Shown: positions 7,982 through 18,613, counted from the stretch's first letter. The stretch: 64,000 nt of DNA from Thermoanaerobaculia bacterium (GCA_027069135.1 JALXFE010000134.1:4684-68683); one strand, 5' to 3'. Numbers and translations are program-made. Notes: generated from the sequence alone by a model not told the origin.

Positions 7982-10633
7982 TCAGTCGAGAAAGCCTGCC
8001 TCCGCCAAGCTGGGGCCGTGCATGGCCGCATGCAGGAGGGTCGTCATGGTGGTCCGCCAGAAGAGCCGAAACGCAGGATTGTTGGAGAACACCATCACCT
8101 TTCCTCTCTCCTTGGGCTCGAGGCCTACCAGGACGGAGCCCGCAAGGCGATCGATCGCTTCCGGCCAGACGAATCCGGAAAGCACCGGCTGATCCTCTCG
8201 TACGGTCAAGAGGTCACGGCGGGGGTCTCCGCTCGGGAGGAGAATCCGCTCGCCCCAGGCCAGTACCGGAGTCGGTTCCGGAGAGAAGATCGTGAGGGCG
8301 TGGCCAGGGCTCGGGAGACCCGCCAGAGCGGCTCCGGGGGTCGGGAGGTGGCCCGACAAACTAGGGCGAGGGGTTCCGTCCGAGGAGGAATCCGGCTGCC
8401 ATTCCTCGAGCTCTATCAGGCCGAGATCTCGCAGCCAGGAGATGGAACCGCCGATGGCGATGAGGAAACCGCCCTTGTGCACCCAGCTCTCGAGGCTCTT
8501 GGTGACGGTCTCAGCGACGGCGTCGTAGCCGTCACCGTCCGGGAGGACGAGAACATCGAATTCGTCCAGCATCGAATCGTCGAGTCGTTCCAGATCCAGG
8601 CGACTGTAGGGCAACTCCACGAGGCGATCAAAGAGGAACCAGAGGGCTCCGTGCTCCGTGGCGGAGATTCCCTTTCCCCCGAGCAATCCGATACGGGGTG
8701 AGCGAATCGCGACCAACTCGTCGGAACCTGGCGAGACCTTACCGGCAAGATACCCGGAGGCCAATCGGTGAATCTTGAGGCCCAGCTCGTGACTGAGAGT
8801 CTCGAGGACCCGGTCGAGCTGCGGATCATTGCCGGAGGCCGGAATGAACATCGTCCCGGGAGGGAAAGTGGCTCCTTCAGCCTTCATCTCCTCCAGGGCG
8901 ATTCGGTAGCCGTAGCCATCCGTCTGGAGCCGCGCCGCGAGGCGAAACGCCGCAAGCCCTTGGGGAGGGACCAGGTAGCCGAGGGTTCCGTCGCCGCGAA
9001 TTCCCGCGTCGAGGTCGGCAGCTCCCGAGGGAATCACCGGTGCCGGAACCGCACCTTGAAGCGTCCAGGCCTCGATGCCGAAGGCGAGGGGGAGAGACCA
9101 TGAGGTGATGTCGTAGAACTGGGTCGAAAGGTTGCGTTCCAAACGTTGCCGCTGCGCGTGGATGAATTCCGCGGGCATTTCGGCTTCCCGCTCGAGAAGG
9201 GTCTTGGCGAGCCCTCCGAGGGGTTGGTGGGTGGTCACGACGTAGGTCCCGGCCTCAAAGCTCCGTTCTCGGGCCTCTTCGCCCAGGGAAGAGGTGGCCG
9301 TGAGGCGGGTCCGCTCTGCCAACGCTCCAACCTCGATCCCGTGGAGCTGAAGAAGGTCCGCGAGGCTTTTTCCTTCCGGCACTTGGGAGGACCAGAGGAA
9401 AGTCTGAGGATTCTCGGCGAACCCCCGGCGCCGTACATGGGCGAAATCTCGTAACAGATCCACCCGTCTCTCGGCGGCTAAGCGCACCGTCGTCATACCC
9501 GTGGTGAAGTGTCGGCCGATACGATCCGAAAGACTTCGGGAGTCTCCGCTCTTGCGTCGGAGGGAGAGGCCTCCCATGCCTCCCCCGGCCACCTCGAAGG
9601 TCATCCCAACGGCACCTCGAAGGGCGGGATAGGAGTCGCCGTAGGCGGGATAGAACAGGTCGAAATTCTGGGCCTTGTAGTAGAGCCAACCCTGGCGATC
9701 GAAGGCCGCTGCGTTGGCTCGTCCGAAGTGTTCCAGCCACGAGACGGTGCGGGCGTCGATCTCCGGCAGGATGGGCTCTGAAGCTGGGGGGAAAAAGTAG
9801 CTCGATTCGCTCCCCATCTCGTGGAAATCTGCGTAGACATGGGGTTCCCACCGCCGGTAGGTCGCCAATCGAGCCTCGGTTTCGATCTGGGTAACCCAGG
9901 CCCAATCGCGGTTGAGGTCCATGAGGTAGTGATTGAATCGCCCGCCGGGCCAAGGCTCCTCATGCTCGACCGCAATCCGGGAAGAGTCGGGCCGGTACCC
10001 TCGCCGCTGTACAAATCCCTGGACATACCGCTCGCGGCCGTCCGGGTTGACCAGCGGATCGATCAGGACCACCACGTTCTCGAGGAGCTTTTCCCACTCG
10101 CCGGAAGCAGCCGCCAGGGCATAGGCCGTAGCCATGGCAGCTTCCGTGCTGGAAGACTCATTGCCGTGGATGCCGTAGGCTAGCCAAACGAACGCCGGTT
10201 GGGAGGCCACCAGGTCGTCGATCTCTGCCCTGGAGAGGTCTCCGTCATTGGCCAAGATGAGCTGCCTCTTGCGCAGAATCTCAAGGCGTCTCAGATTGTC
10301 CTCGCTGCTGATGGCCAGCAAGGTCAAGGGACGATCTTCGTAGCTGCGGCCGTACTCCCTGAGCTCCACCCGTGGCGAGGCTTCCGCCAGGGCCTCCAAG
10401 TATTTGAGCATCCGGTCCTGGGGAGTAAACCGATGGCCGAGCTGGTAGCCGAGAATCTTTTCCGGCGAAGGAACACCTTCATCGGTTGGACCGAGGGGCA
10501 GAGGGCCGTTGTCATTCCGGGGAGCCGGCAGCTGTGTCCCGGAGTCTGTGGCGGATCGCGATGTCGGTGCAGCGGCAAGAGGCAGAGTCAGGACTAAGAA
10601 CCCGGCGATCCAAAGGGCAGCGAAGCGGGGCAT
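7982..10633 (-). CDS. Secreted M14 zinc carboxypeptidase with C-terminal glutamine-amidotransferase-like domain
   Basis: Signal peptide, IHGNESS (HxxE), NPDGRER, DLNRDW, DFHEM. Confidence 0.9.
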   Translation of the reverse strand: MPRFAALWIAGFLVLTLPLAAAPTSRSATDSGTQLPAPRNDNGPLPLGPTDEGVPSPEKILGYQLGHRFTPQDRMLKYLEALAEASPRVELREYGRSYEDRPLTLLAISSEDNLRRLEILRKRQLILANDGDLSRAEIDDLVASQPAFVWLAYGIHGNESSSTEAAMATAYALAAASGEWEKLLENVVVLIDPLVNPDGRERYVQGFVQRRGYRPDSSRIAVEHEEPWPGGRFNHYLMDLNRDWAWVTQIETEARLATYRRWEPHVYADFHEMGSESSYFFPPASEPILPEIDARTVSWLEHFGRANAAAFDRQGWLYYKAQNFDLFYPAYGDSYPALRGAVGMTFEVAGGGMGGLSLRRKSGDSRSLSDRIGRHFTTGMTTVRLAAERRVDLLRDFAHVRRRGFAENPQTFLWSSQVPEGKSLADLLQLHGIEVGALAERTRLTATSSLGEEARERSFEAGTYVVTTHQPLGGLAKTLLEREAEMPAEFIHAQRQRLERNLSTQFYDITSWSLPLAFGIEAWTLQGAVPAPVIPSGAADLDAGIRGDGTLGYLVPPQGLAAFRLAARLQTDGYGYRIALEEMKAEGATFPPGTMFIPASGNDPQLDRVLETLSHELGLKIHRLASGYLAGKVSPGSDELVAIRSPRIGLLGGKGISATEHGALWFLFDRLVELPYSRLDLERLDDSMLDEFDVLVLPDGDGYDAVAETVTKSLESWVHKGGFLIAIGGSISWLRDLGLIELEEWQPDSSSDGTPRPSLSGHLPTPGAALAGLPSPGHALTIFSPEPTPVLAWGERILLPSGDPRRDLLTVREDQPVLSGFVWPEAIDRLAGSVLVGLEPKERGKVMVFSNNPAFRLFWRTTMTTLLHAAMHGPSLAEAGFLD

Positions 10634-10718
10634 GATGTCTCCCGGAGTAGAAAAAGGGCCTCAGATCTTAGCAGGCTGCTGTGAAGCTCAAAGGAGGGAA
10701 GCTCGAGTGTCCGCAGAC

Positions 10719-12101
10719 TTAGTTTGCGGTGGCTGCCTCGGCTGAGATTTGGAGCCGCTTCATCATCTCGTGAAGCGTCGTGGGCTTTACCTTGAGGAAT
10801 TCTGCGGCTCGTTTTTGGACCCCATCCGAGGCCTGTAGGGCTTGGATGATCAGCTGCCGTTCATAGTTGCTGACCGCCTCCTTCAACGATAGGCCGTTGG
10901 AGGGGAGATTTGCGGCGGGAGTCTGAGCGCTCGCGGGCTGGCGAACCGAGGCGGGGAGGAGGTCCCGGTTAAGGACCTCGCCGGTGGAGAGCACCACGGC
11001 TCTTTCGATGACATTTTCCAGCTCCCGAACGTTGCCCGGCCAGTGGTAATCGATGAGCAACTTCATGGCTTCCGGGCTGACTTCGTGGATCTCTTTCTCG
11101 TTTTCCTGAGAATAATGCCCCAGGAAATGCTGCACGAGCAGATGGATGTCCTCCGAGCGCTTCCTCAGGGGAGGCAGCTGGACCGTGATCACGTTGAGGC
11201 GGTAGTACAGGTCTTCCCGGAAACCGCCCTCCTGGACTTCGTTTTCGAGATCCGCGTTGGTCGCCGCGATGATCCGGGCGTCGGCGGTGATCTCTTCGAC
11301 GCCGCCCAGGGGCATGAATTCTTTCTCCTGGATGACCCGCAGAAGCTTCGCTTGGGTTTCGAGGGGGACATTGCCGATCTCATCAAAGAAGATCGAGCCT
11401 CCGGCGGCGACTTCGAAGAGTCCCTTCTTGTCGGCGACGGCACCGGTAAAGGAGCCGCGAATATGGCCGAAGAGATTGCTCTCGAGCAGATCCGCCGGCA
11501 TGGAGCCGGAGTTGACCGTCACAAAGGGTCCGTCGGCACGGCGGGAGTGGTGGTGGATAGCCTTGGCAACCAACTCCTTGCCGGTGCCGCTCTCGCCGAG
11601 GATCAGGATGTTGCTCTTAGCCGGCGCCGCCAAGCGAACCATCTCGAAGACTTGCTGCATCGGCTTGCTCTTGCCGATGATGTTGTCGAAGGAAAAACGG
11701 TCCTGTAGCTGTGCTTTGAGGGCCTTGTTCTCGCTCTTGAGCTTTCGTCGCTCGAGACCCTTGCGCAGGGTGATCAGGACCTCTTCATTCTTGAAGGGTT
11801 TGGAAATGTAGTGGAAGGCCCCCTCCTTCATGGCGTCGATAGCGCCTTCGATGGAAGAGTACGCGGTGATGATCACCACGACCTGGTCCGGATCCTCGGA
11901 GATGATCTGGTGGAGGATCTCCTGGCCCGACATCCCCGGCAACATGAGATCGAGAAGGACGAGGTCGACTTCTTCCCGACGGAGGATCTCGAGGCCTTGT
12001 TCGCCGGTTCGGGCGCTCGATGCCTGATGGCCTTCCCGCTGAACGAGGGAGGTGAGGATGTCCTGGAGGACTTCCTCGTCGTCGATGATCAATACCTTCA
12101 T
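10719..12101 (-). CDS. Sigma-54-dependent response regulator (NtrC family)
   Basis: REC (IIDDE...DLMLP), GESGTGKE, GSFTGA, FFDEIG, WPGNVRELEN and Fis HTH. ATG overlaps the kinase stop (ATGA). Confidence 0.95.
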   Translation of the reverse strand: MKVLIIDDEEVLQDILTSLVQREGHQASSARTGEQGLEILRREEVDLVLLDLMLPGMSGQEILHQIISEDPDQVVVIITAYSSIEGAIDAMKEGAFHYISKPFKNEEVLITLRKGLERRKLKSENKALKAQLQDRFSFDNIIGKSKPMQQVFEMVRLAAPAKSNILILGESGTGKELVAKAIHHHSRRADGPFVTVNSGSMPADLLESNLFGHIRGSFTGAVADKKGLFEVAAGGSIFFDEIGNVPLETQAKLLRVIQEKEFMPLGGVEEITADARIIAATNADLENEVQEGGFREDLYYRLNVITVQLPPLRKRSEDIHLLVQHFLGHYSQENEKEIHEVSPEAMKLLIDYHWPGNVRELENVIERAVVLSTGEVLNRDLLPASVRQPASAQTPAANLPSNGLSLKEAVSNYERQLIIQALQASDGVQKRAAEFLKVKPTTLHEMMKRLQISAEAATAN

Positions 12102-14878
12102 GCGGTCTGTCGGGGCTGGTGCTCGACGCGGGGGAGGTGGATCGTGAATCGAGTTCCAACCCCCGGGCGACTCCAAACGTTCAACTCTCCTCGATGCCGT
12201 TGGACGATATCGTAGCTGATGGAAAGCCCCAGCCCCGTCCCTCCTCGGTTGAGCTTGGTGGAGAAGAAGGGCTGGAAGATCGAGTCGAGGCGCTCCTGGG
12301 GGATTCCCGGTCCGGTGTCTTCGATGACGACCTCGGCTTCGGTCGGGGTTCCGCTGAGAAAAACTCGAAGCTCGCCGCCATCTGCCGCCAATGCATCCCG
12401 GGCGTTGAGCAAGAGATTGGTGAAAACCTGCTGCAGCTCGCCTTCGCTTCCTTCGACCGCGAAGACTTCCTCCGGGACCTCCCAGGCAACGCGGAGATTC
12501 GCCTTGACAAAGCGCTCCTTGAGAAGGTCGAGAGTGTCGGTCAGGACCGAGTTCAAGCAGACCGTGCGGTACTCCCCGCGTCGGTTGCGAGCGAATTCCA
12601 GAAGATTGTTGACGATCCGTGCGGCTCGGAAGGTCTGTGTTTCCACTTTGCGGAGGATGCTGTGGCGGGGGTCGTCTTCCGGAGTGTCCGCCAAGAGCAT
12701 CTGAGCGTAGCTGGAGATTCCGGTGATCGGCGTGTTCACCTCGTGGGCGACACCGGCAGCGAGCATCCCCAAGGAGGCGAGGCGATCCTGTTGCTTGAGG
12801 GCCTGTTCCATCGCCATCCGCTCGCTGACGTCATGGACGACGAGCACCCGAAGGTCATTGCGAGTGCTGAGCTGAAAGTGAGCGACGCTGAGGTTCAAAT
12901 AATGCTCCGTTCCGTCCAGGTCACAGTAGCTGACTTCGAGTTGACCGGAGTGTCCGGGCTCCGGCAGCGGCGCGACCGGAAGGAGCTCGAGGAGAGGGTG
13001 ACCCAAGACGGCCAGGGGTGGCCGGTTGACCAGATTCGAGAACGCGAGATTGGCAGAAACGACGTGGTTATCGTCGTCCAGAACCGCGGTGGCGGCAGGG
13101 GAAGATTCGATCAGACCTTCGCTATAGGTCTTGAGGCGGTTGACCTCCCCTAGCTGGCGCTGAAGTTGGCCGAGGAGCTGAGCATTCTCGATCGCTAGGG
13201 TCGCCTGGTTGAGAAGCGTGCGGATCAAATCATGATCTTCGCTATTCAGGGGGCGGTTTCCCTGACGGTAACTGGTCAGAGCTACGCCGACCCGGTTGCC
13301 GCGGACGGTCAGAGGAAAGGCGTACCGGTAGCCCGACAGGAAGACTCTCTGGGCCTCCGTCTCGTTACTCATCGGAAGTGAAAAGCTGGGCACGCTCGCG
13401 ACGTCTCGCCGCCAAAGATCTTCGTCGAAAGCTTCGAAAGAGAGCTTTGGCGGAAGCGTCCCCTCGGTCCGAGCGGGGCGGAGGTGATCTCCGTGGGAGA
13501 GGTAGAGGTTGGCTTTCTCCAATCCTAAGGCTTCTTCGAGGTTGTCGAGAAGTTGGTTGCAGAGGCGACCCAGATCCCGTTCGTGGAGGAGGTGCCCGGC
13601 AAGCTCCTTAAGGGCCCGGCGGCGCAGAAAGGAACCCCGGTACTGGAATCTTTCCAGGGAGGATGAGATGCCCCGCCGGATCGGCGCCACCATGGCCGCA
13701 ATCATCAGGCCGCTGCTAAAAGAGATCAGGTTTCTAGCCACCCCGAGCTCCATCGGCAACCCGCGGCTGATGCCTAGATTGACGAGAGAAAATCCCAACA
13801 GGGCTAGGAGGGCCGTGACGGTGTAGGAGATCGTGTCTCGGACGACGACATCGATATCCCACAACTTGTACCGGAGGATCGAGCCGGCGAAGGCCAAAGG
13901 CACCAACGCCAAGGGAAGAACTGTGAGGACCTCCAGCCAAAGGGCGCCCCGCACCATGGTCGGAGAAGCGAGCTGCTTGATGAGTAGAAAGCCGAGAAAA
14001 GGGAGATACCCTACCGCCATTCCCAGGGCGACCCACTGGACCTGTCGCCGCTCCTGCCAGCCGTTTTCATGGGTCATCCGGTAGCCGAGCACGGCGGCGG
14101 CGGCGAGGGATAGCAGAATCAGGTGGAATTGATCCGCCCTCTGGAGGGCCAGGATGCTCTGGGCCAGATTTTCCCGTCCTCCCAACAGGAAGCGGCCGTT
14201 GGCGAACATCTGGTCCGCATGTAGCGTGAGAAGAGCCGCCGCCGGGAGGTACACGAAGGAAATCCACAGGCGGCTCCTGCCGACTTTGCCCGGAAAGGTC
14301 AGGAAAAAATGAACCGTCAGGGGCGGAAGGAGGATCCAGGCCAGCTGATCCAACCCATAAACGAGGCGGTCGAAGGCGTCGTACTCCCCCCTCGATGTGA
14401 CCAGGAAGAGCAGGGCGTAGAGCAGGCACCAAGCATAGAAAATCAAGCCCGGGCGCTGTCGGTTCCGCATCAGGGTGTAGAGCCCGATGAGCAGGTAGAA
14501 GGCCCCGATGAGAGCCAGGATCAGATAGGGGTAATCGATCGCCAGAGACGGCCGTGGCAGCTCGAGGCTCACCAGAGCTTCGTTCCGAATCAGCACGAGC
14601 TCGTTGACCGGGCGGCTGTGGAGACTGCGGCGGAGCTCTTCGAGATTCGGCGGTGAGGCGCCATTGATCAGAAGGATCTGGTCCTGCGGGGCGAGGGGAA
14701 CCCCTTCTTCCGACACCGACGTGATCAGCCAGTTGTTGTCGATACGCTCGGCCTCGAAACCGAGGGTTCGAAAGGAGGCGACTTTTCGCTGGACGCTGAG
14801 TCCTGCCACTCCGATCAGAGCAGCGGCCAAGAGTAGGCCCACGACGATGGGCATCAGATGTCTCGAAGCCTTGCTCAC
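12098..14878 (-). CDS. Membrane sensor histidine kinase (periplasmic PDZ-like, multi-TM, GAF, PAS, HisKA, HATPase)
   Basis: PQDQILLING (PDZ-like), many hydrophobic helices, AHEVNTP, NLLLNA, DTGPGI, GTGLGL. Confidence 0.9.
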   Translation of the reverse strand: MSKASRHLMPIVVGLLLAAALIGVAGLSVQRKVASFRTLGFEAERIDNNWLITSVSEEGVPLAPQDQILLINGASPPNLEELRRSLHSRPVNELVLIRNEALVSLELPRPSLAIDYPYLILALIGAFYLLIGLYTLMRNRQRPGLIFYAWCLLYALLFLVTSRGEYDAFDRLVYGLDQLAWILLPPLTVHFFLTFPGKVGRSRLWISFVYLPAAALLTLHADQMFANGRFLLGGRENLAQSILALQRADQFHLILLSLAAAAVLGYRMTHENGWQERRQVQWVALGMAVGYLPFLGFLLIKQLASPTMVRGALWLEVLTVLPLALVPLAFAGSILRYKLWDIDVVVRDTISYTVTALLALLGFSLVNLGISRGLPMELGVARNLISFSSGLMIAAMVAPIRRGISSSLERFQYRGSFLRRRALKELAGHLLHERDLGRLCNQLLDNLEEALGLEKANLYLSHGDHLRPARTEGTLPPKLSFEAFDEDLWRRDVASVPSFSLPMSNETEAQRVFLSGYRYAFPLTVRGNRVGVALTSYRQGNRPLNSEDHDLIRTLLNQATLAIENAQLLGQLQRQLGEVNRLKTYSEGLIESSPAATAVLDDDNHVVSANLAFSNLVNRPPLAVLGHPLLELLPVAPLPEPGHSGQLEVSYCDLDGTEHYLNLSVAHFQLSTRNDLRVLVVHDVSERMAMEQALKQQDRLASLGMLAAGVAHEVNTPITGISSYAQMLLADTPEDDPRHSILRKVETQTFRAARIVNNLLEFARNRRGEYRTVCLNSVLTDTLDLLKERFVKANLRVAWEVPEEVFAVEGSEGELQQVFTNLLLNARDALAADGGELRVFLSGTPTEAEVVIEDTGPGIPQERLDSIFQPFFSTKLNRGGTGLGLSISYDIVQRHRGELNVWSRPGVGTRFTIHLPRVEHQPRQTA

Positions 14879-14937
14879 GGTAAGTCCCTTGGTCTCCTGG
14901 CTAGGAATGGTGTCGAACTCGCGCTGCTCTTTGGTTA

Positions 14938-14953
14938 AGCAAGATACGTGCCG
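14938..14953 (-). promoter_or_regulatory. Sigma-54 -24/-12 promoter for the kinase-regulator operon
   Basis: Minus strand reads CGGCAC-GTATC-TTGCT, with canonical GG-N10-GC spacing ~60 nt upstream of the kinase start. Confidence 0.7.
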
Positions 14954-15104
14954 GGAGAGTCAGTTTTTTGGATCAAGGGAAAAAGCCCTAGTCATCCTGA
15001 CTTGCCCCATTTTCCTCCAAGGCATTGGATGTGTCCAAAATAATGGATTCAAGAGTTCGTCGTCTCGTCAGGGGGCGGGAGCGATTCGGGAAGGGAGCGA
15101 GAAA

Positions 15105-17069
15105 CTAGAAGCGAACAGCCAGGCCACCGAGAAAGCGCTGTCGAAGCTCGTTTTGGCTGACGGCGGCGCTCGACCCCAGGATCGCAGAGCCTCGGCTCAC
15201 TTCCACATTGAGATGGACGGCCCAATCGGCGGCCAAGTCCATCAGGAAGCCCAGATCCTGGGTGACGCGGAGCTGCAGGCGTTCCACCTCCATCTGCGGT
15301 CTCGAAAACTGCTCATTCGAGGTCGGTACCAATTCTTGTTGGAGATGGTGAAAGGAGAGGAGGACTCCCGTGGAAGTATTCTGAAATTGAGTGTCCAGGG
15401 ACGTCACCAGATACCTGAGTTGGTTCTCGAAAGGCAGGTCGGAAGAGCTGTAGATCAAGCCGCCGCCACCGGCGGCGATATTGGACTCGAGGGTCGTGAG
15501 GATCTTTGGCGAGATCCGCCGACGAAGGGAAAACTGCATTTCCGGGAGGCGATCCCCGCGAACCAGGAAGAGGCTTTCCAGGTGGTCAAAGAAGTCTTCG
15601 CTGAAGTAGACCCGGAGGGTTTCCCCGTACTCCTTGTGCGTCGTGCTGAAGCTAACGCGGTTGACGTCGTCCTCGCTGAGGCGGTGGAACGCGACCTTAT
15701 AGCAAGAGGCTTCCGCCTGATCGCAACTCCCCGCGTCGTGGAACAGGGCCGGGACGAAATCCCTGAAGCGGGGCAGCTCGTCGGCGTCGAGACGGTAGCT
15801 CGCTTCCGCTCCCGCTTGCCAGAACTCGCCCATCTGCAGGACCAGCCCGCCGCGGGGAGTAAAGCTGAGGCTTCCGTCATGGAGCCGGCTGGTCAATCCG
15901 TACTCCACTAGAACCGCCGGCTGCAAACGCCAGCCCCCACGGCCCGAAAGCTCTACGCTCTCGTCCGCGAATCTACCGATCGGGACCAGGGCATTGCCCA
16001 GTGTCGCCGTCCCTTTGGGCAGGAAATTCCCCTCCCGTTCTCGGTAACGCAGCTGCCCTTCAAAAGTGCTATCGGAGCCGACCTGCCTGGAATAGGAGCT
16101 TTCAAAGTCGAAGATTCTGGAAGCGTCCGGAATGTCTGCGGGTTCCATTTCCCCGGAGCTATAGAAGTTGTTCTGTGTCGTGTATCGAGCGGATAGCCGA
16201 GATTCGCCCTTGGACCCCAGGGGGGCCTTGAAGCTCACCAAGAGTTGCTCGAAGTCCATGGAACCCCCGGAGCCGGCAATCTGGGAAGGGCTCAATCGAG
16301 ACGAGCGGGCCGCAAGGCTTAGTTGTGAATTGCCCTCGTCGCCTTGAATGTCGAAGGTCATGGCGCTCTGATGGCCGCGTTGCCCGACCGCCGTGCCGGG
16401 GCCCTTGGCCGAGGGGGCCATCCCGAGGTAGAAGCCGTCGAAGGCGATGCGTGCCAAGCCCACACGGCCATCCAACTCCAAACGCCCACCGGACATCTGG
16501 CTGACGGAATCGCCAGCGCCCTGATGAATGCCAGCCAGAGCCTGCACTTTCGTCTGCAAATTTGCCAGGGGAGACTCGGAGTTTCGTGCGCTGAGCCTTT
16601 CCAGGTCCTCCCGTCGCCGCTCGGCAAGCCGAACGTCTTCAATACCAAGCTCCCGCAAGACATCCGTTGGGATCCTCTTGCGCACGGTCCAGAAGTCCGC
16701 GGATTCGCCCTTTGCAGCGTCCTGCTCGACGAGCTCCAGGTCCACGAACTGATCCGCCGTAGAGGAGCTTCGTGCCAGGGTGATGACCGCGGGAAGAAAC
16801 CCTCCCTTGTGGGCGATGATCTTGTAGAGCCCGGCGGGAAGCTCTCGGAAGAGGAAGTTCCCGTCGTTGTCGGTCGTAACTTTTTGAAACGTGAGATCCG
16901 CGAGCTGGTAAACGTAGACGCCCGCGGAGGATAGGGGCAAGCTGGAGGCATGGACCTTGCCGGCCAGGAGGCCCGGGGCGTTTGTCGACTCCGCCAGGGC
17001 AACCGTAGACAAGCTGAGGCAGCCGATCAGGAGAGCAAGGCTTAGAGTTTTCCGTACGTCCACAGACAA
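15105..17069 (-). CDS. Outer-membrane beta-barrel protein with N-terminal carboxypeptidase-regulatory-like domain
   Basis: Signal peptide, TTDNDGNFLFRELPAGLYKIIAHKGGF, alternating beta-strand pattern, terminal Phe (GLAVRF). Confidence 0.75.
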   Translation of the reverse strand: MSVDVRKTLSLALLIGCLSLSTVALAESTNAPGLLAGKVHASSLPLSSAGVYVYQLADLTFQKVTTDNDGNFLFRELPAGLYKIIAHKGGFLPAVITLARSSSTADQFVDLELVEQDAAKGESADFWTVRKRIPTDVLRELGIEDVRLAERRREDLERLSARNSESPLANLQTKVQALAGIHQGAGDSVSQMSGGRLELDGRVGLARIAFDGFYLGMAPSAKGPGTAVGQRGHQSAMTFDIQGDEGNSQLSLAARSSRLSPSQIAGSGGSMDFEQLLVSFKAPLGSKGESRLSARYTTQNNFYSSGEMEPADIPDASRIFDFESSYSRQVGSDSTFEGQLRYREREGNFLPKGTATLGNALVPIGRFADESVELSGRGGWRLQPAVLVEYGLTSRLHDGSLSFTPRGGLVLQMGEFWQAGAEASYRLDADELPRFRDFVPALFHDAGSCDQAEASCYKVAFHRLSEDDVNRVSFSTTHKEYGETLRVYFSEDFFDHLESLFLVRGDRLPEMQFSLRRRISPKILTTLESNIAAGGGGLIYSSSDLPFENQLRYLVTSLDTQFQNTSTGVLLSFHHLQQELVPTSNEQFSRPQMEVERLQLRVTQDLGFLMDLAADWAVHLNVEVSRGSAILGSSAAVSQNELRQRFLGGLAVRF

Positions 17070-17087
17070 GTACCTCTGAATCTTAAT

Positions 17088-17882
17088 CTACCGAGTATAG
17101 TGTTCGGCTCCTATGGCGTCAAACCTGCCTTCTCGGGCCATTATTCCCGCTTCGCGCTGCCTGTCTCGAGGAACCTCCGGAGTCCTTGCCAGGGCCGCCG
17201 CGAGCACGGGCCCGGAACCCGCTTGTCGAAGCGCGGCAGCGGCTCCCCGGAGGGTGGCTCCGGTCGTCACGACATCATCGATTAACAGGATGCGCCGGCC
17301 GGCGACCTCGGCGGCCCACCCCAGCCGAAAGGCATCCTGCAGATTCTTCCGGCGTTGGCTTCGGGATAGGCGGGCCTGAGGAAGGGTCGATCGCCGCCGC
17401 CGCAAAGGTTCGCCGAAGGGTTTGCCAAGCATTCCGGCCAGCGGGCGGGCGAGACGTTCCGCCTGGTTGTACCCTCGCCGGAGCCGACGCAAGAAATGCA
17501 GAGGTACCGGAACTACCAGGTCGACCTCGAAGGCGCCTTCCTCGAGATGGGCTGCTATTGTCGGGGCCATCGTTTCTGCCAGCGGTTTCCCCAAGCCCTC
17601 CAGGCGTTGAAATTTCAAGGCCCGAAGAACATCGGCTAGCGGCGGCTCAAAACTCCAGGTAGCGAGTAGCCGATCGAAGGCCGGTGGGGAGCTGCGGCAG
17701 ACGGCACAGAGTTTCAGCGGTTCTGGCAATTCTCGTCCGCACCCGTGGCACCGCGGTCCCTCAAGGGGTACGAGGCGGGATTGACAGGGCCCACACAGGG
17801 GGAGGGCATACAACTCTCCCCGAAGCGGCACGGAGCAGCTCAAACAAGACCGCGGCAGTAGAAAATCGATCAGACTTCTCAT
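17088..17882 (-). CDS. comF: ComF family double zinc ribbon / phosphoribosyltransferase-like protein
   Basis: Four CxxC pairs, VPVPLH, RRGYNQA, LIDDVVTTGAT. Confidence 0.9.
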   Translation of the reverse strand: MRSLIDFLLPRSCLSCSVPLRGELYALPLCGPCQSRLVPLEGPRCHGCGRELPEPLKLCAVCRSSPPAFDRLLATWSFEPPLADVLRALKFQRLEGLGKPLAETMAPTIAAHLEEGAFEVDLVVPVPLHFLRRLRRGYNQAERLARPLAGMLGKPFGEPLRRRRSTLPQARLSRSQRRKNLQDAFRLGWAAEVAGRRILLIDDVVTTGATLRGAAAALRQAGSGPVLAAALARTPEVPRDRQREAGIMAREGRFDAIGAEHYTR

Positions 17883-18011
17883 TGGCACAGTGACGGAAAG
17901 TACTCCGCCTCCGTATACTGTTGACGTTGGAAATCCCCCGCTTCGCTCATCGGGAGTCAAGGCGGGCATTGCGGCGGAATACTTCGAGCTGGCAATCCTG
18001 GAGGAAGACTC

Positions 18012-18554
18012 TTGCGCGTATCTCGTTCTCTATCTCTATTCGTGGCTCTCGCGGCCCTGTCGGTCTTCGCTCCGACCCCGGCTCCCGCTCAGAGCCTTCA
18101 CACCTATAGCGTCAGTCTCCTTGGAGGGCTCGGTGGCTCTTTCGATGTCGATCCGGACGCCGGGCTCGACAACTCGAGCTTCCAGTTGGGGTTTTCTTTG
18201 GTGACGAGTGGCCGCAATAGCTTTACCGCGCGGCTCGGGCAGATCGACTTCAGCGGCGCTGAGGGTTTTGGGAGTCTCGGCACGTCGGATCTCACCTACC
18301 TGACCCTCGGAGGGGAGTATCGAAACTCGAAGGCCTTCTACGATTCAGGTCTCTACATCGCTTTGGGTGGCTACCGAATCGAAGGGGATGCCGGAGGAGC
18401 CGATACCGCCATCGGTCTGGCGGTCGGGTCTACGGCGGATTTTCCCATCAACCGGTGGGTCAGTATCCTGGCGGAGCTATCCGGCCACGCCACGGACTTG
18501 GACGACGCTCAATTCTTCGGCATGCTGCACCTGGGAGTCTCCGTCCACTTCTAG
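18012..18554 (+). CDS. Small outer-membrane beta-barrel protein (OmpA/OmpW-like transmembrane fold)
   Basis: Signal peptide, amphipathic strands, C-terminal GVSVHF. Confidence 0.75.
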   Translation: MRVSRSLSLFVALAALSVFAPTPAPAQSLHTYSVSLLGGLGGSFDVDPDAGLDNSSFQLGFSLVTSGRNSFTARLGQIDFSGAEGFGSLGTSDLTYLTLGGEYRNSKAFYDSGLYIALGGYRIEGDAGGADTAIGLAVGSTADFPINRWVSILAELSGHATDLDDAQFFGMLHLGVSVHF

Positions 18555-18613
18555 CGGCGCACGGATCGCACGCTTCATGCGCCCCTCGCAGTCCAGTGTC
18601 TCGCCACGGGCTG

